NCBI GenBank assembly: GCA_048887165.1
Contig: JBHLJZ010000002.1
Coordinates: 6,146 to 70,145 of the forward strand
DNA: 64,000 nucleotides
Source of the DNA: Candidatus Hodarchaeota archaeon
Lineage (GTDB): Archaea; Asgardarchaeota; Lokiarchaeia; Sigyniarchaeales; SOKP01
Direction: 5' to 3'
Shown here: in pieces, positions 1-10,370 of the stretch
How positions within the stretch are numbered: position 1 is the first letter of the stretch
How the letters are laid out: every line of letters begins with the position of its first letter
The notes under the pieces: generated by a model
The model's input: the letters and a program-made list of their open reading frames with translations, nothing else
The model's database searches: none
Told to the model about the DNA's origin: nothing
Translations under genes and position numbers: made by a program

Positions 1-1434
1 AATAATGAAGGCAAAGATCTTGAGTTAAATGTTGGTATAATAATTACAGCTACAGGAGCTTATGAATACAAGCCTGAAGGTTGGTATCATTATGGTGAAA
101 ATGAAAACGTTATGACTCAGCTTGAATTGTCAGAAAAATTAAGAAAAAATGAATTAACTGATGGTGAAACTCTCGTTTTTATTCATTGCATTGGATCAAG
201 ACAACCAGAAGGTGGTAATGGATTTACGTATTGCTCACTTATTTGTTGTTCGGAATCTATCAGGCATGCTCTATATGTAAAAGAAAATTATCCAAAATCT
301 AATATCTATGTACTTTACAGAGATATACGAGTAGGTACTGATGAAGAACCTTACTATTGGAAAGCTCGGGAAAATATCAATTATATTAGGTTTAATGATT
401 ATCCTACTGTTGATATTGTTAATGGTAAATTGAAGGTAAATGTTAAAGATATTTTAACTCAAACGGATCTAGATATTGAAGCTGATAAGATTGTGCTTTC
501 CACACCTTTAGTTCCTCATGATACACAAAAATTGGGTGAACAGATAAAGTGTGCAAGAGATCAAAATGGTTTTTTCTTAGAAGCACACATAAAATTACGA
601 CCAGTAGATTTTGCTACCGATGGAATTTATTTAGCAGGGACATGTCATGGACCTAAAGGCATTGCAGATTCTATTTCTCAAGGTAGAGGTGCTGCTGCTC
701 ATGCATTAATCCCATTAATCTCTGGAGAGGTAGAAAATGAACCTCTAGTTTCCGTTGTAAATCCTGCTTTATGTATTGCATGCCAAAAGTGTGAAGAAGT
801 ATGTAATTTTGGAGCTATAGGAGTCAATTTCGATAATGAAGTATTAGTTTCAGAATCCAACCCACTTTTATGTAAAGGATGTGGAGACTGTTCAGCTGCT
901 TGCCCAGCAGGAGCAATCACTATGAGTCATTTCTCAGATCAACAAATCTATCCTATGATAAGTGAAGCATTAAAGGGTGATTTTGTTGATGAAAGACCAA
1001 GAATAGTTGCGTTCTTATGTAATTGGTGTAGTTATGCTGGAGCAGATACATGTGGAGTAAGTCGGTTTCAATATCCTACAAATATAAGACCTATTAGAGT
1101 AATGTGTACAGGCAGGATTCCAAAACACTTCATACTACAAGCATTTCTAGAAGGTGCTGATGGTGTTTTTGTTGGCGGATGTCATATAGGTGATTGTCAC
1201 TATTTAGAAGGTAACTATGATATGCTAAGAAGATATAACGAAATTCATGAACTTTTAGATAAAGTTGGAATTAATCCTGACAGATATAGACTTGAATGGG
1301 TATCAGCAAGTGAGGGTAAACGATTCTCTCAAGTAGTAACAGAATTCGTAAATAAAGTTAAAGACCTTGGACCCTTACCTAAAACTGGTGATAAAATAGA
1401 GCAAAAGAAAGAGAAAATTAAAGAGGTGGGATAA
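1..1434 (+). CDS. hdrA: Heterodisulfide reductase subunit A with fused C-terminal MvhD domain (5' end outside window)
   Basis: Frame 1 is open from base 1 into the listed ORF (NNEGKDLELNVGIIITATGAYEY...), so the gene is 5'-truncated by the window. It has the HdrA-type CSLICC motif and two 4Fe-4S ferredoxin motifs (CIACQKCEEVC, CKGCGDCSAACP). These are followed by an MvhD/FlpD-like domain (FLCNWCSYAGAD...GGCHIGDCHY). Confidence 0.85.
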   Translation, partial: NNEGKDLELNVGIIITATGAYEYKPEGWYHYGENENVMTQLELSEKLRKNELTDGETLVFIHCIGSRQPEGGNGFTYCSLICCSESIRHALYVKENYPKSNIYVLYRDIRVGTDEEPYYWKARENINYIRFNDYPTVDIVNGKLKVNVKDILTQTDLDIEADKIVLSTPLVPHDTQKLGEQIKCARDQNGFFLEAHIKLRPVDFATDGIYLAGTCHGPKGIADSISQGRGAAAHALIPLISGEVENEPLVSVVNPALCIACQKCEEVCNFGAIGVNFDNEVLVSESNPLLCKGCGDCSAACPAGAITMSHFSDQQIYPMISEALKGDFVDERPRIVAFLCNWCSYAGADTCGVSRFQYPTNIRPIRVMCTGRIPKHFILQAFLEGADGVFVGGCHIGDCHYLEGNYDMLRRYNEIHELLDKVGINPDRYRLEWVSASEGKRFSQVVTEFVNKVKDLGPLPKTGDKIEQKKEKIKEVG

Positions 1435-1437
1435 AAG

Positions 1438-1968
1438 ATGACTGAAATGTTAAAAAAGAATGCAGTAGATTTGGATAAAGAGTTTAGATATGAAATAGCT
1501 GATAAGGTTGGTGCTAAATCACTATTAAAATGTATACAATGTGGTGTATGTAGTTCTGGCTGTACTGTTACAGAATATGTTGATATGCAGCCACATAGGG
1601 TTGTAGCCTCATGTCTCTTAGGTTTGAGAAAGGAAGTGCTCACGAGTAATGCAATCTGGACTTGTTCTTTATGTCATAGATGTACCGAAAGATGTCCGAA
1701 AAATGTTGATTATTCATTTATTTTAGCTCTTCTAAGAAATTTAGCTGTAAAAGAGGGAAAAGTACCTAAAGAATATTCAAGTACAGTAGTAACAATATAT
1801 AATAACGGATTCGTAGTACCCTACACTGGTGGATTAAAAGATAATATAGATAGAAGAAGAAATAGAATGGGACTTCCAGAACTTATTGCGCCTAATTTGG
1901 ATGAAATAAGATTTATTATCGAAGAAACTGGCTTGGGAGATCTCGCAAAAAAAAAGGAGGATGATTAA
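1438..1968 (+). CDS. hdrC: Heterodisulfide reductase subunit C-like (2x[4Fe-4S])
   Basis: Has CIQCGVCSSGC and CSLCHRCTERCP cluster motifs. GAGGTGGGA Shine-Dalgarno lies 6 nt upstream of the ATG. Starts 3 nt after the hdrA stop. Confidence 0.8.
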   Translation: MTEMLKKNAVDLDKEFRYEIADKVGAKSLLKCIQCGVCSSGCTVTEYVDMQPHRVVASCLLGLRKEVLTSNAIWTCSLCHRCTERCPKNVDYSFILALLRNLAVKEGKVPKEYSSTVVTIYNNGFVVPYTGGLKDNIDRRRNRMGLPELIAPNLDEIRFIIEETGLGDLAKKKEDD

Positions 1969-1970
1969 AA

Positions 1971-2852
1971 ATGGAATTTGCGTTATTTTTAGGATGTACA
2001 ATACCTTTAAAGCTCCCTCATTTGGAAAAAGCCTTTAGAGATGTAGCAAGTATTTTAGATGTGAAGTTAAAGGAAATGGAGGGTGTAAGTTGCTGTCCCG
2101 AACCAGTATCACTACAATCTCTAAATATTGATACTTGGGTAGCTTTAGGAGCAAGAAATCTGGCTATTGCTGAAAAAATGGGTTTAGATATATTAACTAT
2201 ATGTTCAGGTTGTTATGAAACTTTAAAGACGGTAAGTGTTTTATTAGAAGAGGATGAGGAATATCTAGAAAAAATTAATGGAATCTTAAAGAAAATTGGT
2301 TATACTTATACTGGAAAAACCAAAGTATACCATTTTGTTGAACTTTTTAGCAGACCAGAATGGTTAGAAAAACTTAAAAATCTCCTAATTAAACCTTTAG
2401 ATAATCTAAATCTCGCTGTACATTATGGATGTCATCTAGTTAGACCAAGTAAAATTATGCGGTTTGATCACCCTGAGAAACCAGAAAAAATAGATATTAT
2501 ACTTGAAGCACTCGGTGCTAATACTGTTGAATTTGCTAACAAATTAGAATGCTGTGGTTTTTGCGCTAGACTGCAAGAAGAAATTGGCGAAAAACTTGTT
2601 GAAGATAAAATGACAGAGTTATGTGAGTTAGATGAAGAAGTAGATGCTCTAATAGCTGTATGTCCTGCTTGTACGACTCAATATGACAGAAAAGAAAAAA
2701 TTATTGCTCGGAGAACGAGTAAAGAACTGGATATACCTGTCCTTTATTTAGCTGAAATGATGGCGATAAGTTTAGGAGTAGAGCTGGAAGATCTTAGCTT
2801 GAAAAATAGAAGTGTAAAACCTGATAAGTTAATTGAAAAATTAACGACCTAA
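1971..2852 (+). CDS. hdrB: Heterodisulfide reductase subunit B-like (two CCG domains)
   Basis: Cys-rich CCG-type motifs are present (VSCCPEP, CSGCYETL, ECCGFCA, CPACTTQY). AAGGAGGATGA SD is upstream. Starts 2 nt after the hdrC stop. Confidence 0.8.
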   Translation: MEFALFLGCTIPLKLPHLEKAFRDVASILDVKLKEMEGVSCCPEPVSLQSLNIDTWVALGARNLAIAEKMGLDILTICSGCYETLKTVSVLLEEDEEYLEKINGILKKIGYTYTGKTKVYHFVELFSRPEWLEKLKNLLIKPLDNLNLAVHYGCHLVRPSKIMRFDHPEKPEKIDIILEALGANTVEFANKLECCGFCARLQEEIGEKLVEDKMTELCELDEEVDALIAVCPACTTQYDRKEKIIARRTSKELDIPVLYLAEMMAISLGVELEDLSLKNRSVKPDKLIEKLTT

Positions 2853-2929
2853 ATAATGTATTTTTCTTAATATAAAAGATAAATTTAATGAATTTAAAAA
2901 AAAAATATGAAATTAAGGAGTTATATGAT

Positions 2930-3628
2930 ATGATAATTACTCAACAAAAAGATTTAGACGAAATATACGAAATGGTAAAAGATTACAACAAAATATTGAT
3001 TACTGGCTGTGATGGATGCTGTCAACCACCTCGATCATTGAATGAAGCCAAATTGTTAGGACAGCTTTTAGAACTGAAAGCAAGAACTGAAGGAAAGAAA
3101 TTAAAATGGAAAGCAATAACTGTTTTGAGACAGTGTGATGATAGAATTGCAGCAACCACGGTTAAACCTCATGTTGAGGATTTTGAGGCAATTGTATCAT
3201 TAGCGTGTGGTCTTGGGGTTGTCATGTTAAATAAAGTATTGCCTACTATCCTAACTTACCCTTCACAAGATAGTCATTTTGGTGGTGTTCAAAATAATGG
3301 TGAAAATAGTTTTATTGAATATTGTGAGGAATGTGGAGATTGTATAATTGGAGAAACAGGGGGTATATGCCCACGTGCTGGATGTGCTAAACACTTGAGC
3401 AATGGACCCTGCGGAGGTATGGTGGAAGGCATGTGCGAAGTTGGTGATTATACCATTCCTTGTGCATGGGTGAGAATGTGGCAACGTTTAAAAGAATTTA
3501 ATCGATTAGACTTGTTCAAAAAATATCGCGGTCCAAGAGACTATCGAACCTCCACAAGTCCAAGCTATATAACAATATATAAAGAATACGTTAGTGAAGA
3601 AGAACAAAAACAGGAGGCGAAGGAATAA
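2930..3628 (+). CDS. metV: MetV, Zn/Cys-rich small subunit of methylene-THF reductase (MTHFR C-terminal-domain family)
   Basis: Has GGICPRAGCAKHLSNGPCGG and CEV...C motifs. It is paralogous to ORF 44613-45284. The track start is 2888. I prefer the ATG at 2930 because AAGGAG lies 9 nt upstream and MIITQQK aligns with the MVVITTKK N-terminus of the paralog. Confidence 0.75.
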   Translation: MIITQQKDLDEIYEMVKDYNKILITGCDGCCQPPRSLNEAKLLGQLLELKARTEGKKLKWKAITVLRQCDDRIAATTVKPHVEDFEAIVSLACGLGVVMLNKVLPTILTYPSQDSHFGGVQNNGENSFIEYCEECGDCIIGETGGICPRAGCAKHLSNGPCGGMVEGMCEVGDYTIPCAWVRMWQRLKEFNRLDLFKKYRGPRDYRTSTSPSYITIYKEYVSEEEQKQEAKE

Positions 3629-4582
3629 ATGCCAAAAAGACCCGCATTTAGTAAATTATGCAAAGCAATTGAAGAAGGTCACTTTGTGTTCACTGGTGAA
3701 CTTGAACCTAAAAAGATCCTTAATCTGGATGAGATTTTTCATTCTGCTGAAGAGATGAAAAAGACAGGAAAAATCGTGGCAGCAAATGTAACGGATGGTC
3801 CTCAGGGAGATGCATATATGTCTTCACTGGTACCGAGTTATCTTATTCAAGAAAAAGTAGGAATAGAAGCTGTGTGGCAAGTTACTGTTAGAGATCGGAA
3901 TCGGGTAGCTCTATTTGGAGATGTAATTGCTGGTGCTGTATTGGGACTAAAAAATATATTAACACTGACAGGAGATCATACAGCTTTAGGTGATCATAAA
4001 AAGGGAAGACCTGTCTATGACATTGATAGTACTCAATTCTGTGAAATGCTTTCAATAATGATAGATAAAGGTACTGATTATGAAGGTAATGAACTCGAAG
4101 GTGGAAAAATAGAGATGAACTTTGGATGCGTGGCTAACCCAAATAGTAATCCAAGAGAACCTGAGATTCTCAAGGTTGGCCGTAAAGTAGAGCAAGGAGT
4201 AGATTTTATACAAACTCAAACAGCTTTTGATATTGATCAAGCGAAAGAGTTTCTCAAGGATTTGGAGCAGTTTAATGTACCTGTCTTACTTGGAGTATTT
4301 CCACTTAAATCATATGGAATCGCATGGTATTTTGATGCTTATATACCTGGTGTTTCAGTTCCTAAGGACTTGTTAAAATCCTTAAAAAAAGCAGAAAAGG
4401 ACAATAAAGGAAATAAGCCAGCTAAATATGCAGCACTAGATAAAATAAATATCGAATTTTTCGAACCATTTATCAAAGAAATCAAGAAGACTACTAAAGC
4501 TGCTGGTATACATTGCATGGCAGTTGAATATGAAAGACTCTTTGACCCACTTCTCAAGGAATATCCTAAATATGTCAAGTAA
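3629..4582 (+). CDS. metF: Methylenetetrahydrofolate reductase
   Basis: MetF family signature stretches are present (ANVTDGP, LTLTGDH, FIQTQ, GVFPLKSY, GIHCMAV). The start codon directly abuts the metV stop. CAGGAGGCGA SD is upstream. Confidence 0.85.
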   Translation: MPKRPAFSKLCKAIEEGHFVFTGELEPKKILNLDEIFHSAEEMKKTGKIVAANVTDGPQGDAYMSSLVPSYLIQEKVGIEAVWQVTVRDRNRVALFGDVIAGAVLGLKNILTLTGDHTALGDHKKGRPVYDIDSTQFCEMLSIMIDKGTDYEGNELEGGKIEMNFGCVANPNSNPREPEILKVGRKVEQGVDFIQTQTAFDIDQAKEFLKDLEQFNVPVLLGVFPLKSYGIAWYFDAYIPGVSVPKDLLKSLKKAEKDNKGNKPAKYAALDKINIEFFEPFIKEIKKTTKAAGIHCMAVEYERLFDPLLKEYPKYVK

Positions 4583-4682
4583 ATATCCTAAAATAAAAAT
4601 AAAATCAAAATAAGTAATTTTTATAATAAAACTTAAATTTTTTTTAAATAGAAAGAACCAAATAAAAGGGTAGGAATTAAGT

Positions 4683-5159
4683 ATGAAAAATTTGGATGAA
4701 AAAGACAAGAGAATTTTAGAATTATTAATTGAAGATTCACGAATATCATTTACAGATATTTCAAAAAAGCTTAAAGAAGAAGGTTTATCTTTAGAAGAAT
4801 CCACAGTAAGAAAACGTGTTATTAAGTTACAAGATGAGGGTGTAATTGAGAAATTTACAATAAAGATTTGCCGTGAAGAAGAACGATGTATATATGCTTT
4901 TATTACATTAATCCCAAAAAACGAATCGGAAATTAAAGAATTAATACGCGAAACTCAAATCCTGCCACAATGTGAAGAGGTCTATTTTTTAGCAGGACAA
5001 TGCGGAGTATTAATTAAAGTGAATGTACCTGAAATAACTGAACTGGATGCGTTAGTTGAAAGTTTCCGTGGTAGAAGTGATATTAAAAGTGTAGAACGAG
5101 TATGTGTTGTATTAAAACCAATTAAAACTGTTTCTCAAGAAAGTAAAGTTTCATTCTAA
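4683..5159 (+). CDS. Lrp/AsnC family transcriptional regulator
   Basis: N-terminal HTH (LDEKDKRILELLIEDSRISFTDISKKL...STVRKRVIKLQDEGVI) is followed by a RAM/ACT-like C-terminal half. Confidence 0.8.
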   Translation: MKNLDEKDKRILELLIEDSRISFTDISKKLKEEGLSLEESTVRKRVIKLQDEGVIEKFTIKICREEERCIYAFITLIPKNESEIKELIRETQILPQCEEVYFLAGQCGVLIKVNVPEITELDALVESFRGRSDIKSVERVCVVLKPIKTVSQESKVSF

Positions 5160-5326
5160 ATAATTTTGTTTCTAATTTTCAAGTGCAATATCTAAATATA
5201 TATTAATAAATTTAGAAAAAAGCACTTTTTCCCTAAAAAATTGAATATTAATTTTATGATCGAAAGTCTTATATATTTACTTATATAATAATATATATAT
5301 CAAATAAAATAAAATAAACCTCAAAG

Positions 5327-5845
5327 ATGCCATATAGATTTGGTTATTATATTATAAATTCCCATATAAATGATGTTTGGGATAGTACTTTAGCATTTTG
5401 GCAAAATAAACGATCAGTAAAAATAACTAATAGCTTTATTTCTGAAAATTCTTTCTACCGTGAACTCGAAGTGAAACATGGCATGTCAATACATGCCTAT
5501 GGCACTTCTACCCGCGAAATTTATAAGATGACATTTGGTTATAAACCTTATGAAAGAAAAACTTACATTGGTGTTGAAATTTTCTTTTCTTGGGCTGGTA
5601 GAGGATTCATTTGGTTGGTACCTCAAAATGTCATGAAATCATGGGCTTTGGAAATGGGAATTCTACCTCTAAAATTATTACATAAAAAAGATGAGTACTA
5701 TTTAGAAAAGTTTAATGAAATATGTAATTATTCTGGACAAGAAAAAATTGGCGAAAATATAAACTTTTGTCCTATCTGTGGTAATCAACTTTCTATACAC
5801 TGTAAATTTTGCGCAGAATGTGGAACAAACTTACAAGTTATTTAG
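5327..5845 (+). CDS. Hypothetical protein with C-terminal double zinc ribbon
   Basis: The C-terminus carries CPICGNQLSIHCKFCAECGTNL. No other recognisable domain. Confidence 0.5.
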   Translation: MPYRFGYYIINSHINDVWDSTLAFWQNKRSVKITNSFISENSFYRELEVKHGMSIHAYGTSTREIYKMTFGYKPYERKTYIGVEIFFSWAGRGFIWLVPQNVMKSWALEMGILPLKLLHKKDEYYLEKFNEICNYSGQEKIGENINFCPICGNQLSIHCKFCAECGTNLQVI

Positions 5846-6021
5846 AAAATCTAAACTTAGATATTTTACTTTTCAATTTTTTTAATCTTTTTTAGAAATG
5901 CCTTCATAATTTTTAAATTATAAATTTGATGAAGATAATTTTTTTAAATATCAAAATCAAAATTTAATACGAAATTCATTTTTGTTGTATATTTGAAATT
6001 TCTATTTTTATAATCTAAAAA

Positions 6022-7182
6022 GTGGTTTGCATGAACGATTTAAAAGAAAATCCAATTAAAGAAAAATCTAAAATCAAATATTATTTCCAAGTAGACCTGT
6101 TAAAAGCTATTATGATAATTTTTGTTATTTCCGAACATGCTCTTGTTAGACTTCCACCAGAAATAAGAGATGTAATGGTTGTTCATTTATGGCAAAGACT
6201 TTCAATCCCTTTTTTTGTAGTTATCTTAGGATTTAATATGGGATTGTCTTTTAAAAAAACCGAAAAAACTAAATTAAAGAACCTTTATTCATGGCATTAT
6301 TTTAAAAAAAAATTTTGGAGATATGTTTTTCCTTATCTCATTTTATATACTGTATCCCTTATAGTTGGTTTATTCATCTATGGTTCTTTTGAAAGTATTG
6401 TTTCTAATCAATTATATCCGACTATGGACGAAAGACATCTATATTTGGGTATTACTCCTTTTTGGGGGCCAGGTGTATGGTTTATTCCTTTTCTTTTCCA
6501 AACAATATTAATAATGCCAATAATTTATAAGGGATTCTCTGGAAAAACTGTTTGGGCTTTATTAACCCTAGTTTTATGCATTGCTATTAACTTTATAACT
6601 AGTATTATCATGTTTTTATTTTTTGGAGAAATTAGTTCAATTGAGGAATGGCGCACAATGACTTTCCTTTACATGACAATATTTATGTATATTGGTGGTA
6701 TTGGATTAGGAATGTGGTTTTCTAGAAATCATAAACTTTTTAGTTTGCATAATTTATTTATGTGGATTGTTTTTCCATTATGTGTTTATTATATCTATCA
6801 ATTTCAATTCCATGATTTTGAAATTGAATTTTTGAGAAGTGATTATAATATAATCTTTTATAGCTATACAGCTTTCATATTTCTAGTTGTATTGTTAATT
6901 TTTCCGCATAATCCACAGAATTTTTTAGCGAAAGGTATAGCTTGGATTGGAAAATCATCATATCATATCCTCTTAGTACAAATTTTTTATTTCGGCTTGA
7001 TGAAAGCGTTCACAGGTAACTTTGCATGTATCCTTCCAGATCCATATGAAACTTCTGACCTAAACAACTGTATAATTTATGATATAATTACTATAGTTAT
7101 CTGCGTTTTAATTGGTGTGTTATGGTGCTTCACAGAAACAAAAATTAGGAACTATCACTTAAACAGAAAGCAAGCTATATGA
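6022..7182 (+). CDS. Polytopic membrane protein, acyltransferase-3-like
   Basis: About 10 hydrophobic segments. The N-terminal YFQVDLLKAIMIIFVISEHA resembles the acyltransferase_3 opening motif. The listed start is GTG at 6022. An ATG at 6031 is an alternative. Confidence 0.55.
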   Translation: MVCMNDLKENPIKEKSKIKYYFQVDLLKAIMIIFVISEHALVRLPPEIRDVMVVHLWQRLSIPFFVVILGFNMGLSFKKTEKTKLKNLYSWHYFKKKFWRYVFPYLILYTVSLIVGLFIYGSFESIVSNQLYPTMDERHLYLGITPFWGPGVWFIPFLFQTILIMPIIYKGFSGKTVWALLTLVLCIAINFITSIIMFLFFGEISSIEEWRTMTFLYMTIFMYIGGIGLGMWFSRNHKLFSLHNLFMWIVFPLCVYYIYQFQFHDFEIEFLRSDYNIIFYSYTAFIFLVVLLIFPHNPQNFLAKGIAWIGKSSYHILLVQIFYFGLMKAFTGNFACILPDPYETSDLNNCIIYDIITIVICVLIGVLWCFTETKIRNYHLNRKQAI

Positions 7183-7197
7183 AAGAAGACAAAAAAT

Positions 7198-8220
7198 TTA
7201 AGACTTATAATAAAATTTCCCATTTTTTTCATTTTTTTGAACTTTTCCTTCATTTTCTAAGTATATCAAATGACCCAATACTTCGCTTAATGCCATATAT
7301 GAATTAATGTCGTCAAGATTTACTCCAAAATGTTTCTGTGAGATTTCTAATGGTGTCTTTGGATTATCCTTAATTAAGTTCGAAATTTCTGTCAATCTAT
7401 TTTTATGATGTTCTTTTATCGCTAAAATTCGTTCATGAGGATTATAAATTATTTCTTGATGAGCTGGAAAAATTATCTTTGGTCCTAACTCATCAATTCT
7501 ATCTAAAGATTTTAAATAATGATCTAATATATTCTCAAAATTTTGATTTTTATATTTATTTCTTAAAGCAGGACTAATTACAAAGTTACCAATATGAGGT
7601 GTAATTCTTGAAAGAATGTGATCTCCAGCGAATAAATATTTTCTTTTTCTATCAAAAATACATATATGACCAAAACTATGTCCTGGTGTCCAGATAATTT
7701 CCAAATCTCCTAAAATTACATCGTAATCATTAACAACTATATCAGGTTTTTGATATTGAAGATATCTTGGCCAAAATGTGAAAAACTGAATAACTTTTTG
7801 AGCTTGTTTTTCAGCAATACCGTATTTAACCATTAGATCTGCAATTCTTCTAGATTCTTCTTTCATTTCATTAAGATTTTCCTCATTAGTCTCCCATTTT
7901 AAAACTTTGTGAGTTATATCATTCATCACTATATTCATTTCAGGATTTTTAAGCTTAAAGCTTCTTACTAATCCAATATGGTCTAAATGAATATGAGAAA
8001 TAATGCAATAATCAATTTCTTTTATAGATAATTCCAGACTCTCAAGAGCAGAGAAAAGTTTTCGCTCCCAATTCCCCATATTGAGCCCAGCATCAATTAA
8101 TACTTTACTTCCATTCACTTCAAACAGGTAAAGGCAAACATATTTAACGGCAAAAGGGACATCGATCTTAATTTGGAAAATGCCTTCAATTTCATTTATC
8201 TCTGATTTAAAATTATACAA
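7198..8220 (-). CDS. MBL-fold metallo-hydrolase
   Basis: Has the HxHxDH motif (SHIHLDHIG) and downstream TPGHSFGH and D/H ligands. TTG start lies immediately after an in-frame stop. Confidence 0.8.
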   Translation of the reverse strand: MYNFKSEINEIEGIFQIKIDVPFAVKYVCLYLFEVNGSKVLIDAGLNMGNWERKLFSALESLELSIKEIDYCIISHIHLDHIGLVRSFKLKNPEMNIVMNDITHKVLKWETNEENLNEMKEESRRIADLMVKYGIAEKQAQKVIQFFTFWPRYLQYQKPDIVVNDYDVILGDLEIIWTPGHSFGHICIFDRKRKYLFAGDHILSRITPHIGNFVISPALRNKYKNQNFENILDHYLKSLDRIDELGPKIIFPAHQEIIYNPHERILAIKEHHKNRLTEISNLIKDNPKTPLEISQKHFGVNLDDINSYMALSEVLGHLIYLENEGKVQKNEKNGKFYYKS

Positions 8221-8383
8221 TCTATATTCATGTTGTTAATTTATGTATCTTTATTTAGAAAAAATTTGAAGATTTTTTTACTTTCCGATATTCTTCTTTT
8301 AAAATTACCTTCTTAAAAATTAAAAATTTTAAGCTAAAAACATATATTAGAAATGTAGAGAATTACATTGAATTCTTAAAAAA

Positions 8384-9007
8384 ATGTCAGATTTAAGTAA
8401 TTTATTACGTCTTTCAAAAAAACACATTAAATCCGCAAGTTTAGTATTATCAAGGGCTTTTTTAAACGATCCAATAATCCGTTGGCAGATTCCAGATTTT
8501 AATATTAGAACGAAAAAACTTCATTATTTATGGGAAATAACCCTAAGAATTGGAATAAAATATGGTGAAGTATATGGTACTTCAGAAAATTTAGAGGGGA
8601 TAGCTATGTGGCGACCTCCTAAAAACGTTAATATATCTTACTGGAAATTTGTAAAAAATGGTGGTATAAAGCTTCCATTCAAGTTTGGAGTACAATCAAC
8701 TAAAAGAATGTCATTTATTCAAGCTGTTAATGATTCTATTCGTAATATCTATATGAAGGCTCCTTACTGGTATTTTGGACCGATTGCAGTCGATCCTAAA
8801 TACCAAGGACAAGGATTTGCAAGTGAGTTAATGAGACCTATGTTAGAACGTATAGATAATAATGAAAAATTACCCATTTATTTAGAAACAAATATCGAGA
8901 GAAATATCTATATTTATGACCATTTTGGGTTTAGAGTTCTTGAAGAAATTATTATTCCTAAGACAAATATTGTAAATTGGTCAATGATAAGAATAAAAGA
9001 TTTATAA
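8384..9007 (+). CDS. GNAT family N-acetyltransferase
   Basis: Acetyl-CoA binding motif A-like stretch IAVDPKYQGQGFASELM. Confidence 0.7.
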   Translation: MSDLSNLLRLSKKHIKSASLVLSRAFLNDPIIRWQIPDFNIRTKKLHYLWEITLRIGIKYGEVYGTSENLEGIAMWRPPKNVNISYWKFVKNGGIKLPFKFGVQSTKRMSFIQAVNDSIRNIYMKAPYWYFGPIAVDPKYQGQGFASELMRPMLERIDNNEKLPIYLETNIERNIYIYDHFGFRVLEEIIIPKTNIVNWSMIRIKDL

Positions 9008-9070
9008 TCTATAATTCTTTTTTCCAAAAAAGGAAAAAATCTTCTTTAATTACACTCTAATTTTAAGAGC

Positions 9071-9766
9071 TTATTCCTTTAAACCATAATACATGAACCA
9101 GAAACTACTTAAATATCCTATTCTTACAATGATTACAAGTAAACCAGGAGCAGTTAACCCTTCAATAAGTCCGAATATGCAAAAACACAATGATCCAAGA
9201 GCAATAAGAAAAAATTTCCTTCTAATGACTCCAGATGATTTAAAACTTTTAATTAGAAATCCCATTCCAAGTAAAAGTATTATAGATAATAAAAACATAG
9301 CCATTAGAACACCTGCCATTGAAAAAGTATTTACATTATAATCAATTAACTGATTGATTGGATATGCGAAATTAAATGTCCCTAAAGGATTCAAAAAAAT
9401 GAAAAATTCAAACACTAAACTTAAAATGATGAAGATTGTAACCCAATACCACTTTTTCGAAGGGATCAAAAGCTCGCTTCCAATATATATTGCTGTAATC
9501 ACTGCAGGCGCCATCCAAATGTAACTCAATATCCCAACTATACCGTTTGTGTTATTAATATTACTATCAGTTATTAGAACAATTAAAAAATCCAAAAACA
9601 CCCCAAGGAACATAAGTCCTGCAAAAGCATTTGCTAAACCTAAATATAATAAAATTTTTGCATTTGATTTTCTTGATTTATAAATAAAAAACCCTCCAAA
9701 AAGAATTCCAAATACTACTACACCTGATGCAGTTAATCCATCAATCCAACCTAAAAAATTTAACAT
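9071..9766 (-). CDS. Integral membrane protein, unknown function
   Basis: Seven or so hydrophobic helices. GAAGGCGA SD-like motif lies upstream of the ATG. Confidence 0.5.
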   Translation of the reverse strand: MLNFLGWIDGLTASGVVVFGILFGGFFIYKSRKSNAKILLYLGLANAFAGLMFLGVFLDFLIVLITDSNINNTNGIVGILSYIWMAPAVITAIYIGSELLIPSKKWYWVTIFIILSLVFEFFIFLNPLGTFNFAYPINQLIDYNVNTFSMAGVLMAMFLLSIILLLGMGFLIKSFKSSGVIRRKFFLIALGSLCFCIFGLIEGLTAPGLLVIIVRIGYLSSFWFMYYGLKE

Positions 9767-9913
9767 CCAAAATCGCCTTCTTTTAACTTTAGCTAATTAT
9801 AGAATATTAATAATATTAAACCAAATCCTACTTATAAATGAATCTTCATAGACAATATTTATATATTAATATATTAATGAAAGATGTTAAAATACTGAAC
9901 TAACTTCAGAAGT

Positions 9914-10198
9914 CTATTTTTTTTCATCCTTTTCGAAGAAAAGCGATTTTTTCATATCAAACTCTAAGTCTCTTAATTTTCGTTTAATCTCTGCCGGATT
10001 ATAATCATGTTGAAGCATATCCATGATGGTCTCTTTTAGATTTTCAAGATTGTCAACAGCACATTGATAAAAGATATTGTTTTTATCCATACTCATACTA
10101 AGGATATCATATAGACCTGTTAGTGCTGAATGAATTTTTTCATAATATTCCCAAGCTTTCTCTAAATCAGAGTCATCTCTCTTCTCTTCTTCTGGCAT
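9914..10198 (-). CDS. Hypothetical small helical protein
   Basis: ORF only. Acidic and helical composition. Confidence 0.4.
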   Translation of the reverse strand: MPEEEKRDDSDLEKAWEYYEKIHSALTGLYDILSMSMDKNNIFYQCAVDNLENLKETIMDMLQHDYNPAEIKRKLRDLEFDMKKSLFFEKDEKK

Positions 10199-10370
10199 TA
10201 TAAAAAAAAATGAATGATAAAAAAAATAGTTTTCAGCTCAATTAAATATCAAAAAAATACTAGCTTTCAGCAAAAGTTTCAATATTTAAATAATCAATTC
10301 ATAAAACTAAGAGAAAGCTAAAAAATTATAACTCAATCTATAAAATAAAATAAGATAAAAAAATATTCAA

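Noticed and set aside
4436-4804. 122-aa minus-strand ORF spanning the metF-lrp spacer.
   Set aside because: It overlaps the ends of two well-supported plus-strand genes, has an F/I/K/S-rich junk-like composition and lacks an SD.
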